From Eledone cirrhosa (taxonomy: Eukaryota), in assembly GCA_964016885.1 (NCBI GenBank), contig OZ024740.1:172360001-172424000 (forward strand): a DNA stretch of 64,000 nt. The letters run 5' to 3'. Position 1 is the stretch's first letter; the number at the start of each line of letters is the position of its first letter. Shown here in pieces: positions 14,340 through 28,719 of the stretch. The notes under the pieces are model-generated. The model was not told the DNA's origin. It was given only the letters and a program-made list of their open reading frames with translations, and made no database searches. The position numbers and the translations under genes were made by a program.

Positions 14340-15253
14340 CCAGTTATTTGTGCCTTTTTCTTTTTCTTTCCTTCTTTCTCTCTTTATCCCTCTCTTCCCT
14401 TCTTTATCTCAAACTTTTCTCTTTATCGCCCTCTCCTCTTGAACATTCACATACTCCACCGGTTGCTTTCTTTTCTCTACCTTCAGTTAGCTATATATCA
14501 ATGCGTTGATTTCCTTGTGGTTTACCATCATAAAGTGGATCCACTGAACGAATTATTGCTCTTCTCTATCGTGAATACAAACATTCCTAAGAACCATGAT
14601 AGCTCGTGAAGTGCTGCGCAAGAAGGTGTGTATATTTATAATGGGACGGGTACATTAGTTATCACACACAGACATTCTAGACTGAATCCAGAAAAAAAGC
14701 CACTGAACTGATTGTCATGAAGTCGTCAACCAAAATATTATACTGTACAACCTCTGACTTACAAACAGTCTGTTCCCGCTCTACGTGTGTTGTATTGGAC
14801 CTCCGCCAGCTTTGCTAGCTGAGTTACTTTAAGCAACGTAAAATAAAGTGTCCTGTTGAAGGATACAATCAGACGACAGGAATTGAACTCATAACCTTAC
14901 GTTTGTTAGGCGAACACTCCAAACCACTAAGCCACGGGCCTTTACTCCTCACTTTATACTTTTACTACAGCAACCTCTATACCGTTACTACACTGACATA
15001 TGCTTTTTGGAGCTAGCTGGTCCCCTAACACCGCTATTCAGGTTCTCTTGACACTTCTCTCTTCTTATTTCATCCACCATCGTCACTCATATTTCATCCA
15101 CTTCGTCACTCATATTTCATCCACCATCCAAAGATCTGGCCCATCTAATACGTTACCTGTTATAGTCTCAAAACATCGTCCATTCGAATTTCACTCTTTT
15201 GTCCATGCTTTTGTTTTTTACTTGTGGTTAACTTAATCCTTTCATTATTATAT

Positions 15254-15435
15254 TTGGCAGTATCGGTAGAGGGTTGGACGCCATGCTTTCTAGCATAGTT
15301 ACGTCCCTTTCCAGTCTGAGTTCAAATCCCGCCGAGGTTAACTTTGCCTTTCATCCTTACGGGGTCGATAAAATAAAGTACCAGTAATGTACTGGGTAAT
15401 TGCTGGCCTTGTGCCTAAAGTAGAAACAATTATTA
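15254..15435 (+). mobile_element. Dominant SINE, near full length
   Basis: Near-identical to 12437-12620. Confidence 0.9.
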
Positions 15436-16307
15436 ATAATTATTAATTAATTCTATCTATTATAACAAATGATATTGCTTATAAACTTCACAAAATTAAA
15501 AAAATAGTCAAGAATTTGGAGAGAATCTAACTAACTTTCTCATTATTAAGCATTTGTTTGAGGGTCGTTGATTGGCATTTGCGGTGTTTGTTTCGGCTCT
15601 TTGAGTTCAAATAATGCTAAGGTCAAATTTGCTTTTCATCCTTTCATGGTCGATAAAATAGAATAGCCATTACATATTGGGGTAGATATAATCGAGTTCC
15701 CGTGGCCCCAAAACTACTAGCAGATGTTTGTAACATAATTTAACAAAGGTTCTTACATAAAATTATGATGGGAATTTTTTAAAAACGTAGTTTTAGATAA
15801 ATATTTTTGTAAGTAGTTTTGATAAATAGTTTTGTATCATAAATTCAAGAGCGGTTTCAGGTGGTTTGGTATCAAAAGGCTTGTGAAGGACATATTAGAC
15901 AATTTAATCTTAGATATAGAGAAAGGCGAGTATAATCAAAGCCGAAATGTCTTAGATCATATGTTACCTCGTAGAGGTTATATTCTAGCGCCAAACAAGC
16001 ACCAACATATGTATTATTTACAGGGCAGATAGTGTTGTGGAAATAGTAATTTCCTCAACGAAATATTACTTTGCAGTATTTAATCACAATTATATTCTGG
16101 GTTCCAATCTCACCAAGATTTTTAATCTCGTTGACTAGACATCTCATTCTCCCAATAAAAACTACTGAACTAACTCTTCACGGCCAATCGATATGCTAAG
16201 TTTTAGCAGCTAAATCCCTTGAAAACCGCGAGAGAGCATAATGCATATTATAATCTTGGCTGTAGAAAAAAGAGTATTACTGTTGGACTACGCTGACCTT
16301 GTGCTAA

Positions 16308-16348
<41 letters not shown>

Positions 16349-16625
16349 TACCATATCTTTGCTAATACTATTAGTTGTCGTTTCTGGAGTTACGTGTTTT
16401 GTTATGTTACTAGGTGGGGAATGCTGCTATCGCTAATGTAGAATCCCCATCCTTCAGCAAACAAACAACCGGCAATGTACGTCAGTTCCGGTTAGACAAC
16501 AGCAAATCAGAGTCAGGAACGCCCCGACACATACGCAGTAGTGTTATTAGTACTCACATTCTTGACACAACAAAATAATAACAGAAATATAAACACACAT
16601 GTGAGTGTTTACATATGCCAGTATG

Positions 16626-16726
<101 letters not shown>

Positions 16727-17270
16727 GTGTGTGTATGTGGTGGTTCGTGTATACACATATACAAATATAAATGAATATATTACATGCATATGTCTATAAA
16801 TAAATATAAAGAGAGACATGTGCATGCAATATATTTATATATTTGTGAATATGTATATTCATGTATTGAGATATGAACGATATACATATGTACGAAAAAT
16901 ATCTGTTTTTAAGTACACACGCGCGCACACACACAGGCACATAGATCTATCTATCTATCTAACTATTTATTTATTTACTGCATATATGAAGGCTGTTGAC
17001 TCGCTATACATCACGTCCACTTTTGTGACTCTTTTTCCTTCCCTTTAAATATGCACTGCCTCCCCTCGTGGGCTCTTAAGATGACGAAGGCATACCCAAC
17101 CATTGCAAGACCATGGCACCGACGGCCTTTATATACACCCATGTTTATAAATATATATATATCGTAGATTCTACAGACTTTATGTCATAAACCTGTACTG
17201 ATCATATTTAATGATGATGTTTGTACATTCATAATCATCCATATTGTATGTATGTGATTTCAAGGTAACG

Positions 17271-17943
17271 AAACGTTCTCTTCCATTAGTTCACACGAGT
17301 AACGGAATAGCACAACGTTCTCTTCCATTAGCTCACACAAGTAACGGAATAGCACAACGTTCTCTTCCATTAGCTCACTGGAGTAACGGAATAGCACAAC
17401 GTTCTCTTCCATTAGCTCACTGGAGTAACGGAATAGCACAACGTTCTCTTCCATTAGCTCACTGGAGTAACGGAATAGCACAACGTTCTCTTCCATTAGC
17501 TCACACAAGTAACGGAATAGCACAACGTTCTCTTCCATTAGCTCACTGGAGTAACGGAATAGCACAACGTTCTCTTCCATTAGCTCACACAAGTAACGGA
17601 ATAGCACAACGTTCTCTTCCATTAGCTCACACAAGTAATGGAATAGCACAACGTTCTCTTCCATTAGCTCACACGAGTAACGGAATAGCACAACGTTCTC
17701 TTCCATTAGCTCACTGGAGTAACGGAATAGCACAACGTTCTCTTCCATTAGCTCACTCGAGTAACGGAATAGCACAACGTTCTCTTCCATTAGCTCACAC
17801 AAGTAACGGAATAGCACAACGTTCTCTTCCATTAGCTCACTGGAGTAACGGAATAGCACAACGTTCTCTTCCATTAGCTCACACAAGTAACGGAATAGCA
17901 CAACGTTCTCTTCCATTAGCTCACACAAGTAACGGAATAGCAC
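17271..17943. repeat. 42-bp minisatellite, about 16 copies
   Basis: Unit aacgttctcttccattagctcac(acaa/tgga/acga/tcga)gtaacggaatagcac; the 14-aa periodicity of the overlapping ORFs gives 42 bp. Confidence 0.95.
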
Positions 17944-18112
17944 TGAAGACTATCTTGCCACAGATACCAAAATCTATCATTAAAGTTTTTTTTAGTACTA
18001 CACAGTGTCGTCTTTAAGATGCAGTCATTTTGAGGTGTTGTGCTGTCCCATGGACTGAGTGCTCTATCACTACGGATATTACCCTCCAGTGTTCTCTCTC
18101 TCTCTCCCTCTC

Positions 18113-18223
<111 letters not shown>

Positions 18224-18224
18224 A

Positions 18225-18307
<83 letters not shown>

Positions 18308-18827
18308 ACATACATATATATATATATTATATACACACATATATATTATATATATATATACATACATACGCACACACACACTTACATACACATGATGTGC
18401 TCAAGGCCATGCATGAAACTAAAGTCAAGAACTAACATATTTTCAGTCGCCTTCTCCACCCTTGAGTCCGGCAGTAAGAAACATATACACACATATACAG
18501 ACACACAGAAAAAGGAACTCCTCACAGACGTTAACAGTCGATGGTTTTACCGAATCATTTTATGTTCTACTCTATACGGAATGTGTATCTGCTGATGTTG
18601 ATCGTCTCTGCTGGATGAATTAAGAATCATATTTTCATCGCAAATTCTAGAAGTTGCAATATTTTAGTCTCACATTAAAATTGATACTCATGAGCCCCCC
18701 CCCCCCCTCTACCAAACAAACTTCTTTCATTCAGCTTCTCTCTCATCTCGTTCTCTTTTTTTTTTTCTTTATATTATTATAGGCGTTTCTGGGACATTTT
18801 AAAACCTAGCGGAGACCAACCCTCTCC

Positions 18828-18857
<30 letters not shown>

Positions 18858-18858
<1 letters not shown>

Positions 18859-18978
18859 GTAATAATAATAAATGTGAAGACTAAAATCCGAAGAGGGCTC
18901 GATAAGTATAGTTTCAGAAGATGCCGTTAAGGGTGGAAGCAGCTATTCTTTACTTAAACTTTAATCTGTTATTTTAAT
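18858..18978 (+). mobile_element. Short rearranged copy of the CAGAAGA-core hammerhead family (see 52277-52585)
   Basis: Matches 52277-52330 joined to 52515-52583; GAAA is mutated to GGAA. Confidence 0.6.
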
Positions 18979-19136
18979 GTGTGTGTGTATATATATATAG
19001 TAAGTATGTTTTGAAACAGTGAGCAGGTTTGAAATTAGAAAATAGAATAGCTTTCACCGTATTTTTGACTAAAGGAATTTTAGCCTGATAATGGGGTTTA
19101 GAACCCTCAGATAAATGGAAAAAGATGAGTATTGAC

Positions 19137-19180
<44 letters not shown>

Positions 19181-19184
<4 letters not shown>

Positions 19185-19825
19185 AAAAGAATGAAACGAA
19201 ATTTCATTTCTCACTCTTAGTACGGTTGATACCTAAATATAAGTATGTATACGTACATACATATTTGTGTACAGACGCACAGTAGTATGTATATATATAT
19301 ATACATGCACACATATATGTACGTATGGTTTTACCGAACATTTATTATAATGTTCGGTTTGTTTGTAAACAAACAGCCTGAATTACGCCGTACAGTGCTC
19401 GGCAACCATCGTCGCCCTTTTGTTCAGCACTGACACAGGAACGAGGTACTAGTTTCAAGCTTATTAGCTATCGTCAGCATCGTATACCTTTCTGTCAGAT
19501 GATTGAACGTCTGAAAGTATATACTTACCTTATGCATATTAACGGCTGAGCAGCCTAATTTGCATATCGAGTGAGTTAGTCGGCAGGGTACACCGAAAAC
19601 GATAAATGGAAAAGAATGAAGCGAAATTTCATTTCTCACTCTGAGTACGGCTGATACCTAAATATAAGTATGTATACGTACATACATATATGTGTACAGA
19701 CGCACAGTAGTATGTATATATATACATACATGTTCGGTAAAACCATACGTACATATATATATATGTGTGCATGTATGTATATATATACATACTACTGTGG
19801 ATTTACATTTTTTCTTTGGACTTAC

Positions 19826-19859
<34 letters not shown>

Positions 19860-19892
19860 GTTTACCGAACATTGAACATTTATTATAATGTT
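19181..19892 (-). mobile_element. Retrozyme-like element, 425-bp unit plus redundancy and an inverted part
   Basis: atggaaaagaatgaa at 19181 and 19606 (period 425). Hammerhead at 19441-19483 on the minus strand, inversion near 19730, flanked by (TA)n. Confidence 0.75.
19441..19483 (-). ncRNA. Minimal type I hammerhead ribozyme
   Basis: Minus strand: acgatg-CTGACGA-t-agct-aata-agct-t-GAAA-ctag-TA-cctcgt. Palindromic helix III (ACTAGT), GUA triplet, helix I with one mismatch. Confidence 0.75.
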
Positions 19893-19902
19893 ATATATAT
19901 AT

Positions 19903-20054
19903 ATAACGAAGGAGGTGTAGTAAGGAACAGATGGACCATAACGCACCAGAGTACTCAATAATTAGGGTAGTAGAGTGGGTAATAGGAAAAAGTTTAACCG
20001 TCCAGAAATAGCCGTCGTAACGGGTTGAGCTCTGCCGTCGGGGTTAAACTTTTT

Positions 20055-20058
<4 letters not shown>
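19903..20058. mobile_element. Fold-back half-hammerhead element (family of 45761-45968 and 47152-47368)
   Basis: Same ataacgaagga...ggaccataacgcacca..gtactcaata.ttagggtagtagagtgggtaatagg arm, with an internal inversion, lying in (TA)n. Confidence 0.7.
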
Positions 20059-20098
<40 letters not shown>

Positions 20099-20339
20099 TT
20101 TTCAGGTTCAAATTATATTCACAAAATATAATTCGCTTCGAGCTTACGTTAGAATTTATTTACCCAAAGTGCCACGGAATGGGATGGAACCTGGGACTAT
20201 CTGATTCCGATGTAAATCTCTTCACCACACGGTCTTGTCGATTTACACGCAATCAAGTATATTTACATTTAGTGAAGTTCTCTGTATGTTTGTAGTATGT
20301 ATATATGTATGTATGTAGTATGTACGTATGTATGTATGT

Positions 20340-20906
20340 TATCTCTTTCTCTTAATTTCGAGTATATTTTTTTTGACCGGCCACCTTCCTGGTGGCAAGG
20401 TTGTAAAAGAAAAGAAATTGTCATCCCTTGAATCGCAAGAATGTTTTGCAAATTTTGAAGGTGCCAGCTATCGCAGCCATTTGTAGACTATGAATTAGGG
20501 AGCTGCGCTTTTTGTCCGCAAATCCAAGTTCAGTCCTAGTTTGGTCCAAGCGGGTTGGTTTATAACCCGTAACTCCAATAATAATGATGAAGCTAAAGGT
20601 GTATCTTGGATACTGGATTTGTAAACTCCTCATCAATGGTCCGTAGATGTCCTCCTTCTCCTGTATTTTTCTGACAACGTTTACAGCAAGTGGGCAGCTG
20701 ATCTCCACAACAGAACACGTTTTCAATGTGTGGTCCCAAACAACAATATCAGGCCGGTTGTGCTTTAATTTGGTGGCAGTTTTTATTTTCAGGTTCCACC
20801 AGTATTCCTTAGTGCCATCTGTCTCAATATATTCTTCCTCATTTGTTGTTAATTTTGTTTTCCGAAGTGCATTCCAGATGGTTCTAGCTATCCCATCGTG
20901 TCTCAT
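20340..20906 (-). mobile_element. R4/Dong-like non-LTR retrotransposon 3' fragment (restriction-like endonuclease)
   Basis: RHD...HNRPDIVVWD...VVEISCP...QEKEDIY is a PD-(D/E)xK RLE domain. Both ends abut (CATA)n on the element strand. Confidence 0.8.
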
Positions 20907-21268
20907 GTATGTATGTATGTATGTATGTATGTATGTATGTATGTATGTATGTATGTATGTACACAGCCGACTATTCCCAGTGAATGTTTTGGTTGCCGAC
21001 TCTGTGCAAGACATTTTAGATCATTGGCTGGGCTAAAAAGTCACATTCCATCGCAGCGCTGTTAGTTGCTATCGTGTGTGTGTGTGTGTATAGATATGTT
21101 TATGTGTGTGCGTGTATGTGTATATATATATGTATATATGTATATGTATATCATTATTGTTGTTGTCGTTATTATTATTGTTGTTATTATTATTATTATT
21201 GTTATTAATGTATGTGTGTGTATATATGTGTGTGTCTGTATATGTGTATGTATGTGTGTGTGTGTGTC

Positions 21269-21330
<62 letters not shown>

Positions 21331-21421
21331 TATTTTTTATTTTTTTTATTTTATTTTTTATTTATTTATTAATTTTCTTTTCTCCTCGTGCAATGGCCAT
21401 ACTCGATAACGAGGGGGCAGC

Positions 21422-21460
<39 letters not shown>

Positions 21461-21477
21461 GTATGTATGTATGTATG

Positions 21478-22075
21478 TTGGTGCTACTGGTAACATGTAT
21501 CCCAGTACAACCTGTCTCATGGTCGGGTGCGTTGGCGACTAAACTGGCAACTCCACCAAGGTTTCTTGGTGAGGAGGGTGACTTTGAACATCCTGCAGGA
21601 CTAAAAACAAAACCTGTCAAAGGGCAAAGGAGCTCTTAAGAGTCAATGGCCATCCAAAATCACCGGGAGAGATGACCCTTTAGCCTTTGTCAAGGCAGAA
21701 TTCTAGGAGAAGGAAAACTCTGATATAACACCTGCAACTCTGATGGTATCCAATGATGTTTACTTGTTCTTCTTTTTGGTAAATATCATCTTGGTTAAGA
21801 GAGTGGGACTGGCTTTGTGCAGTGCCTTTGCTCACTATAAAATCTTCACGGCACAGGCATTGCTTTATATCTGGAGATCTCTCTGAACATGTCGTCACAT
21901 GGTACCATGGGCCCAGCACTATGTGTCAATAATTGTCACAAGTGTAGTGTTTGTACCAGAGTTTTCAAGTCGCTGGCTGGACTAAAAAGTCACACTCGTT
22001 CAGCGCATTGGTAGGGGTTCTCCTACATGGATATAAAGTAGTGGCCGTACTCGAAAACGAGTTGGCAGCCACCAT
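21478..22075 (+). mobile_element. About 600-bp non-autonomous RTE-derived bipartite element
   Basis: Near-identical to 58580-59177. The 5' part has the RTE 5'UTR-like ggagaaggaaaactctga; the 3' part encodes CSVCTRVFKSLAGLKSHTRSAH and ends in a ctcgaaaacgag hairpin plus (TATG)n. Confidence 0.65.
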
Positions 22076-22934
22076 GTATGTAGTATGTATGCATGCATGT
22101 ATGTAGTATGTATGTATGTATGTTGTATGTATGTATGTTTGCATTCATGTATGTATGTATGTATGTTTTTTCGGGTTATAGCTACTGTCGCTCAGAGAGT
22201 GGGATTGGCTCAGTGCTCAGCCTTTCCTTACTTTAAAAAATATCTTCACGCACAGGCATTGCACGATAGAATTAATTAATAATTATTAATAATTGTTTCT
22301 ACTTTGGCACAAGGCCAGCTTATTAGCCAGTGCATTACTGGTACTTTATTTTATCGACCCCGTAAGGATTTAATAATGGCATTGTGAAATGGCCATTCTC
22401 GATAACGAGGGGGCAGCCAGCATGTAGTATGTATATATGTATGTATGTAGTATGTATATATGTATGTATATATGTATGTATGTAAATATGTGTGTATGAA
22501 CATTTTTTTAGATCTGTATGTATGTATGCATTCATGTATGTATGTATGTATGTATGTATGTATGTATGTATGTATGTATGTACGTAAGTATATATGTATG
22601 CATGTATGTATATACGTATGTAAGTATGTATATATGTATGGATGGATGTGTATGTTTTATGTATGTATGTGTCTATATAGAGGGTGTGTGTGAGTTAGCG
22701 GAATGCTTTACTATCAGACAGAAACCTGTTAACGCCCAATGTTGGTTGGGACAGCAATTAAAGTAGTGTAAATTTAGCATCAGTCCACCCCCAGAACTAC
22801 CCTATACCACTGCAGAATGCGGGGGTGTATACCGCCAACACATCTGGCGGAGACATTCAACTTTCACACGCTCCGTAATTCTACACCCGACAAGTAAATT
22901 ATATTAACCCGTCATAATGCTACGACCATTTCAT

Positions 22935-25200
22935 GACTGTTGTTGTTATTGTGGTTATTGTTGTTGCTACTGCTGCTGAGGCTGTTGTTGGTGTTGTTGT
23001 TGCTGGTGTTGTTGTTATCGTTGTTGTTGTTGCTGCCCGCACTGATGTTGTTGTTGTTGCTGCTGTTGCTGGTGTTGTTATTGTTGTTGTTGTTGTCGTT
23101 GCTGCTGCCGCTGATGATGTTGTTGTTGCTGGTGTTATTGTTGTTGTTGTTGCTGCTGTCACTGGTGTTTTGCTGCTGCTGCTGTCGCTGGTGTTATTGT
23201 TGTTGTTGCTATTGTCGCTGGTGTTGTTGCTGATGTTGTTGTTGTTGTTGTTGCCTGTGTTGTTATTGTTATTGCTGCTGCTGGTGTTGTTATTGTTAAT
23301 GTTGTTGTTGTTGTTGTTGTTGTTGCCTGTGTTGTTATTGTTATTGTTATTGTTGCTGCTGGTGTTGTTATTGTTAATGTTGTTGCTGTTGTCACTGATG
23401 GTGTTGTTCTTGGTGTTGGTGTTGTTATTGTTATTGTTGTTGTTGGTATTGTTATTGTTATTGTTGTTGTTGTTGTTGTTTTGTTGTTGTTATTGTTGTT
23501 ATTGTTGTTGTTGCTGCTGCTGATGTTGTTTATGTTATTGTTGTTGTTATTGTGGTTGTTATTTATGTTTGTTGTTGTTGTTATTGTGGCTGCTGCTGAT
23601 GTTATTTATGTTTGTAGTTGTTATTGTTGTTGTTATAGTGGTTGCTATTTATATGTTTGTTGTTGTTGTTTGGGTGTAGTTATGGCTGTTATAGCTGTTG
23701 TTTCAGACAGAGCAGTTATTGCTGGCGCTGTTGTAGATGTTGTAATTGTTGTTGTTGTTGTTGTAGCTGTTGTTATTGTTGTTGTAATTGTTGTTGTTGT
23801 TGTTGTTGTAGTTGTTATTGTTGTTGTAATTGTTGTTGTAATTGTTGTTGTTGTTGTTGTAGTTGTTGTTGTTGTTGCTGTAGTTGTTGATATTGTTGCT
23901 GTAGTTGTTGTTGTTGTTGTTGTAGTTGTTATTATGGTTGTAGTTGTTGTTGTAGAATTAGTTGTTGTTATTGTTGCTGTAGTTGTTGTTATTGTTGTTG
24001 TAGTTGTTGTTATTGTTGCTGTAGTTGTTGTTATTGTTGTTGTAGTTGTTGTTATTGTTGCTGTAGTTGTTGTTATTGTTGTTGTAGTTGTTGTTATTGT
24101 TGTTGTAGTTGTTGTTATTGTTGTAGAATTAGTTGTTGTTATTGTTGTTGTAGTTGTTGTTATTGTTGCTGTAGTTGTTGTTATTGTTGTTGTAGTTGTT
24201 CTTATTGTTGCTGTAGTTGTTGTTATTGTTGCTGTAGTTGTTATTATGGTTGTAGTTGTTGTTATTGTTTTTATAGTTGTTGTTATTGTTGTAGTTGTTG
24301 TTATGGTTCCTGTAGTTGTTGTTATTGTTGTTGTAGTTGTTGTTATTGTTGTTGTAGTTGTTGTTGTTATTGTAGTTGTTGTTATGTTTCCTGTAGTTGT
24401 TGTTATTGTTGTTGTAGTTGTTGTTATTGTTGTTGTAGTTGTTGTTATTGTTGTTGTAGTTGTTGTTATGGTTCCTGTAGTTGTTGTTATTGTTGCTGTA
24501 GTTGTTGTTATTGTTGTAGTTGTTGTTATTGTTGCTGTAGTTGTTGTTATTGTTGTAGTTGTTGTTATTGTTGTTGTAGTTGTTGTTATTGTTGTTGTAG
24601 TTGTTGTTATTGTTGTTGTAGTTGTTGTTATGGTTCCTGTAGTTGTTGTTATTGTTTTTGTAGTTGTTGTTATTGTTGTAGTTGTTATTGTTGCTGTAGT
24701 TGTTGTTATTGTTGTAGTTGTTGTTATTGTTGCTGTAGTTGTTGTTATTGTTGTTGTAGTTGTTGTTATTTTTCCTGTAGTTGTTGTTATTGTTGTAGTT
24801 GTTGTTATTGTTGTTGTAGTTGTTGTTATTGTTGTTGTAGTTGTTGTTATTGTTGTTGTAGTTGTTGTTATTGTTTTTGTAGTTGTTGTTATTGTTGTAG
24901 TTGTTGTTATTGTTGCTGTAGTTGTTGTTATTGTTGTAGTTGTTGTTATTGTGCTGTAGTTGTTGTTATTGTTGTTGTAGTTGTTGTTATTGTTGTTGTA
25001 GTTGTTGTTATTGTTGTTGTAGTTGTTGTTATTGTTGTAGTTGTTGTTATTGTTGCTGTAGTTGTTGTTATTGTTGTAGTTGTTGTTATTGTTGTAGTTG
25101 TTGTTATTGTTGTTGTAGTTGTTGTTATTGTTGTAGTTGTTGTTATTGTTGCTGTAGTTGTTGTTGTAGTTGGTGTTATTGTTGTTGTAGTTGTTGTTAT
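22935..25200. repeat. (GTT)-rich tract with 18/21-bp higher-order unit (gtagttgttgttattgtt[gtt]) from about 23750
   Basis: Seen directly. Confidence 0.9.
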
Positions 25201-25849
25201 CGTTGACCTGGTAGTGTCTGTTTTAGTTGTTTTTATTGTCGACATGGGTGTAGTTGTTGTTATTTTTGTATTGTCCTCCGCCTCTTTTCCCCTCCTCCTC
25301 CTCCTAATCCTCTTCCGTTTTCTTCTTCGTCTCCTTTTTTCTTCTTCTTCTTCTTCTTCTTCTTCTTCTTCTTCTTCTTCTTCTTCTTCTTCTACTCCCC
25401 CTCATCACCCCTCTTCTCCCCTTCTCCTCCCCCATCTCCCCCTTCCTACTGTTGCTATTGTGGTAATGGTGATGTGAAGTGCGTTTGTCATTACTGTTTC
25501 TTTCTCCAGTTTTGTTCATGTTTCTGTTGTGTATTTTCATTGTTGTTATGTCTATGTGTGGTTGTTATTGTTTTTGCTGTTGCTGTTGTTAATGTTATTG
25601 TTGTTGATGTTGTTATCGTTAGTGTTGTTGTTGATGTTGTTATTAATGTTGATGTTGTTGTTGTTAATATTATTGTTGTTGTTGTACTTGATCTTTTGAT
25701 GTTGATGTTGTCGTTGTTGGTATTATTGTTGTGGATGTTGATGCTGTTGTTGTTGGCGTTGATGTTGCTATTGTTGTTGCTGTTGTTGTTGATCTTGTTG
25801 TTGTCGTTGTTTATGTTTTTCTTGCATGTAATTGCCCCTCCTGCCACCC

Positions 25850-26340
25850 ATCACTCGTGAGCACGGCCCTGAGATACTTGAATTCCTCCATCTGCTCCAG
25901 TGGAACTCCACTCACATGTCAAGTGCACTGTGCAGGCTTCTTTAAGAGGATGAGTGTCTCAGTCTTCGCAGCATTGAATTTTATTCCAACCAAACTTATC
26001 TAGCGGATGTCGGGGATCACCTTCTGACAAGTTAAGTAATACCATATCGTGCACAAATTACAGCCGTGTAATCCTACTCCCGCCAGTCGAGACATCACTT
26101 CCAGCTTGACTGCGAATGTCAATCCTGTTTATGAAGATTATGAACAGGAGCAGTGTCAGTACGCATCCCTGGCGGAGGCCGACCCCGCATTGAATGGTTA
26201 CGACTTAGCACCATTTATCCGAACACAAATACTCGGGCATTCGTATCAAGGGAACAAGATGTCCATCAATCCCATATTCCTGCAGATTCTTCCACAGCAG
26301 GTCAGGTGAGATGCGGTCGTATGAAACAAGCATACACTTC
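25850..26340 (-). mobile_element. RTE-group RT fragment (decayed)
   Basis: Minus strand gives YDRISPDLLWKNLQEYGIDGHL and LTLLLFIIFINRI, resembling RT subdomains. Confidence 0.65.
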
Positions 26341-26517
26341 TTGGTGATACTCCCACCATTTCCTACCGCAGTGTGGCACCCTAACAACTGGCTGCATCAG
26401 CTGCGGGAACATAATTGATTGAGTCCTAAGGTATAAGATGTTTGAAAGGATACGAGATGGTCTTGGCTGGAATGCTTTTGATAATAAATCTGTGAAAACA
26501 GAATTGAACTGGAGTAC

Positions 26518-26551
<34 letters not shown>

Positions 26552-26560
26552 CTACTACTA

Positions 26561-26601
<41 letters not shown>

Positions 26602-27400
26602 ACCACTACTGCTACCACTACCACCACCATTCCTTCTTTTAGCATTCCATCTTGCCACCGCCATCACCACTGCACCATCATCCTTTCCGTTATTGCCTTC
26701 ACACCCATCACCACCACACACTCAACCAGCCGATAGTTATTGCCAACACCACCCGCAGCCAGCCTCCCGCTATATCCAGCCGTGTTACTACTGTCACTGC
26801 TGCCAATATCACCATCGTGTACGCCACCGCCTCCGCAATATCTGCTGTTCTGTTTAAACTGTCATCAGAACTGAACTGCCAAGTCTCAACTCACAACAAC
26901 GATCCTCCCGCCATTCCCTGTGACATCAACACCAGCGTAATTCATTTTCAATACTCCTTCTCTCTCTCGTTTTTTTTTTTGCTTATTTTTTTTTTTTTTT
27001 TTGCTCAAATTCAAAACTGAGTATCCTGAGAAAATATTAAATATATTTGTGGGGTTTTACATTCTGAGTTCAAATCCTGGTGAGATCAACTTTCCTTTCC
27101 ATTCTTTCGGGAACGATGAAATAAAGCACCAGTAGAGTACTGAGGTTGATTTTATCGATTTTGCTCATCCCAAAAATGTGTTGGTCTTGTGTCTAAATTA
27201 GAAATCAATATTTCAGAAGAAATAAAATAACTATTAACTAATTACCCTTTAGGGTGATTTAATCCTCTCTATACATTTCACCCAACAGGAATGCGTTATC
27301 TTGTACCAGTGTTTGAATTACTATTTATTGATACTTATAATCTTTCCCGCTAGCTAAATATATAGGCCCTATTTGGCAACAGCCATTGGATAGTCTAGAG

Positions 27401-27785
27401 CAGGGGTCGGCATCCCCGGCCCATGAAGGATTTATTTCCGGCCTGCCAACAGGCTTCCATCTCATGCTAAGCGATCCCTAAAAAGGTGCTCTGAATTATT
27501 TTGGATTGGAATACCGACTAGAGAACACGTCTAGCCACAAGACTTACTTAGCTGAAGTAATATTTCGCTTGATGTAGAGAAGCTATCCTACGACATGCAA
27601 AAACAAGTATTTTATTAAACAATTTACCATTTATTTGTAGTAAGGAATGTCATTAAAGTAATATCACATAAAATTCATTGTTCTTCTTTAAATCGCTGGA
27701 TTAAGGTAGTCTTCTGGACGGAGCACTCTAAGGTCGAGCTAATTTATTATATTTTGATATCACGGCCCACCAATCCATCGCCCTG
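27401..27785. mobile_element. Possible hAT/Charlie-type non-autonomous DNA transposon
   Basis: Starts caggggtcggc...cggccc after a gtctagag target-like site and ends cggccc...ccctg. The right target-site duplication is not evident. Confidence 0.35.
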
Positions 27786-28618
27786 GACAGGTACTTTATT
27801 TTATCAACTCTGAAATAATGAAAGGCAGAGTTAAACATGGTGGGATTTGAATTAAGAATGCGGTGAGCAGGAACAAATTCTGCATGACTGGAATATCTTT
27901 TGGTTATATGTTTGTTTGATAAAGGTAAATTATGGCTTAAACATCAACAGCAACTAAATATTTTATTTATAATGAGAAACAGTATCACGGCCTGTACAAG
28001 AGCTAACAGACCAATGAAGATGAAATGTTATTCAACTTATGATAGAAAAAGCAAACCGTGGGTAAACATGACTCGGAAAGCGAACATTTACGTGCTCACT
28101 CGACCTACTTGAAAATATACTTTAACATCTTAAAAAAGAGAAAAGTATAATAGAAAACGTAGTTTTGGTTACACTGTGGTTGAAAGCTATCTTCCGAGGC
28201 GACACACACCACTCTGTCTCTTCATCATGCACTGGTCAGAAACTCTGGATTCTTCACAACTCAGAGACATTTATCTCTGTTATGAATTCTCCACTGATTA
28301 TAATCAGTGGAGAATTCACAGACTATCACCAACGCAATCTATCACTAGTTTTTTAGGATACTGGATTTTAGCTATGACACAATATGCCTCAAAAATATAT
28401 GCTATGGTCAGACCTTGAATATAGGTCTTGTTCAGCGAGAAAGAGCTAGGAGCTAAAAAACGGCAACAAGAAAAACAATAAAAACGTAAAGAGTGGGGCT
28501 TCATTGGTGGAGAACGATCGGACGAAATATTTTAGTGCGAGGTTTTCGACTGAGAAGGATTCGGGTTTGAGAATTGACTGATGCAAAATAAGTTTCACCG
28601 AAGTATATATATATGCTT

Positions 28619-28719
<101 letters not shown>

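Noticed and set aside
17244-18017. Repeat protein or CRISPR-like array
   Set aside because: Units are contiguous with no unique spacers, there are no cas genes and the context is eukaryotic; it is a minisatellite.
22933-25245. 492-aa poly-Val ORF and neighbours
   Set aside because: Translation of a (GTT)-rich tandem repeat.
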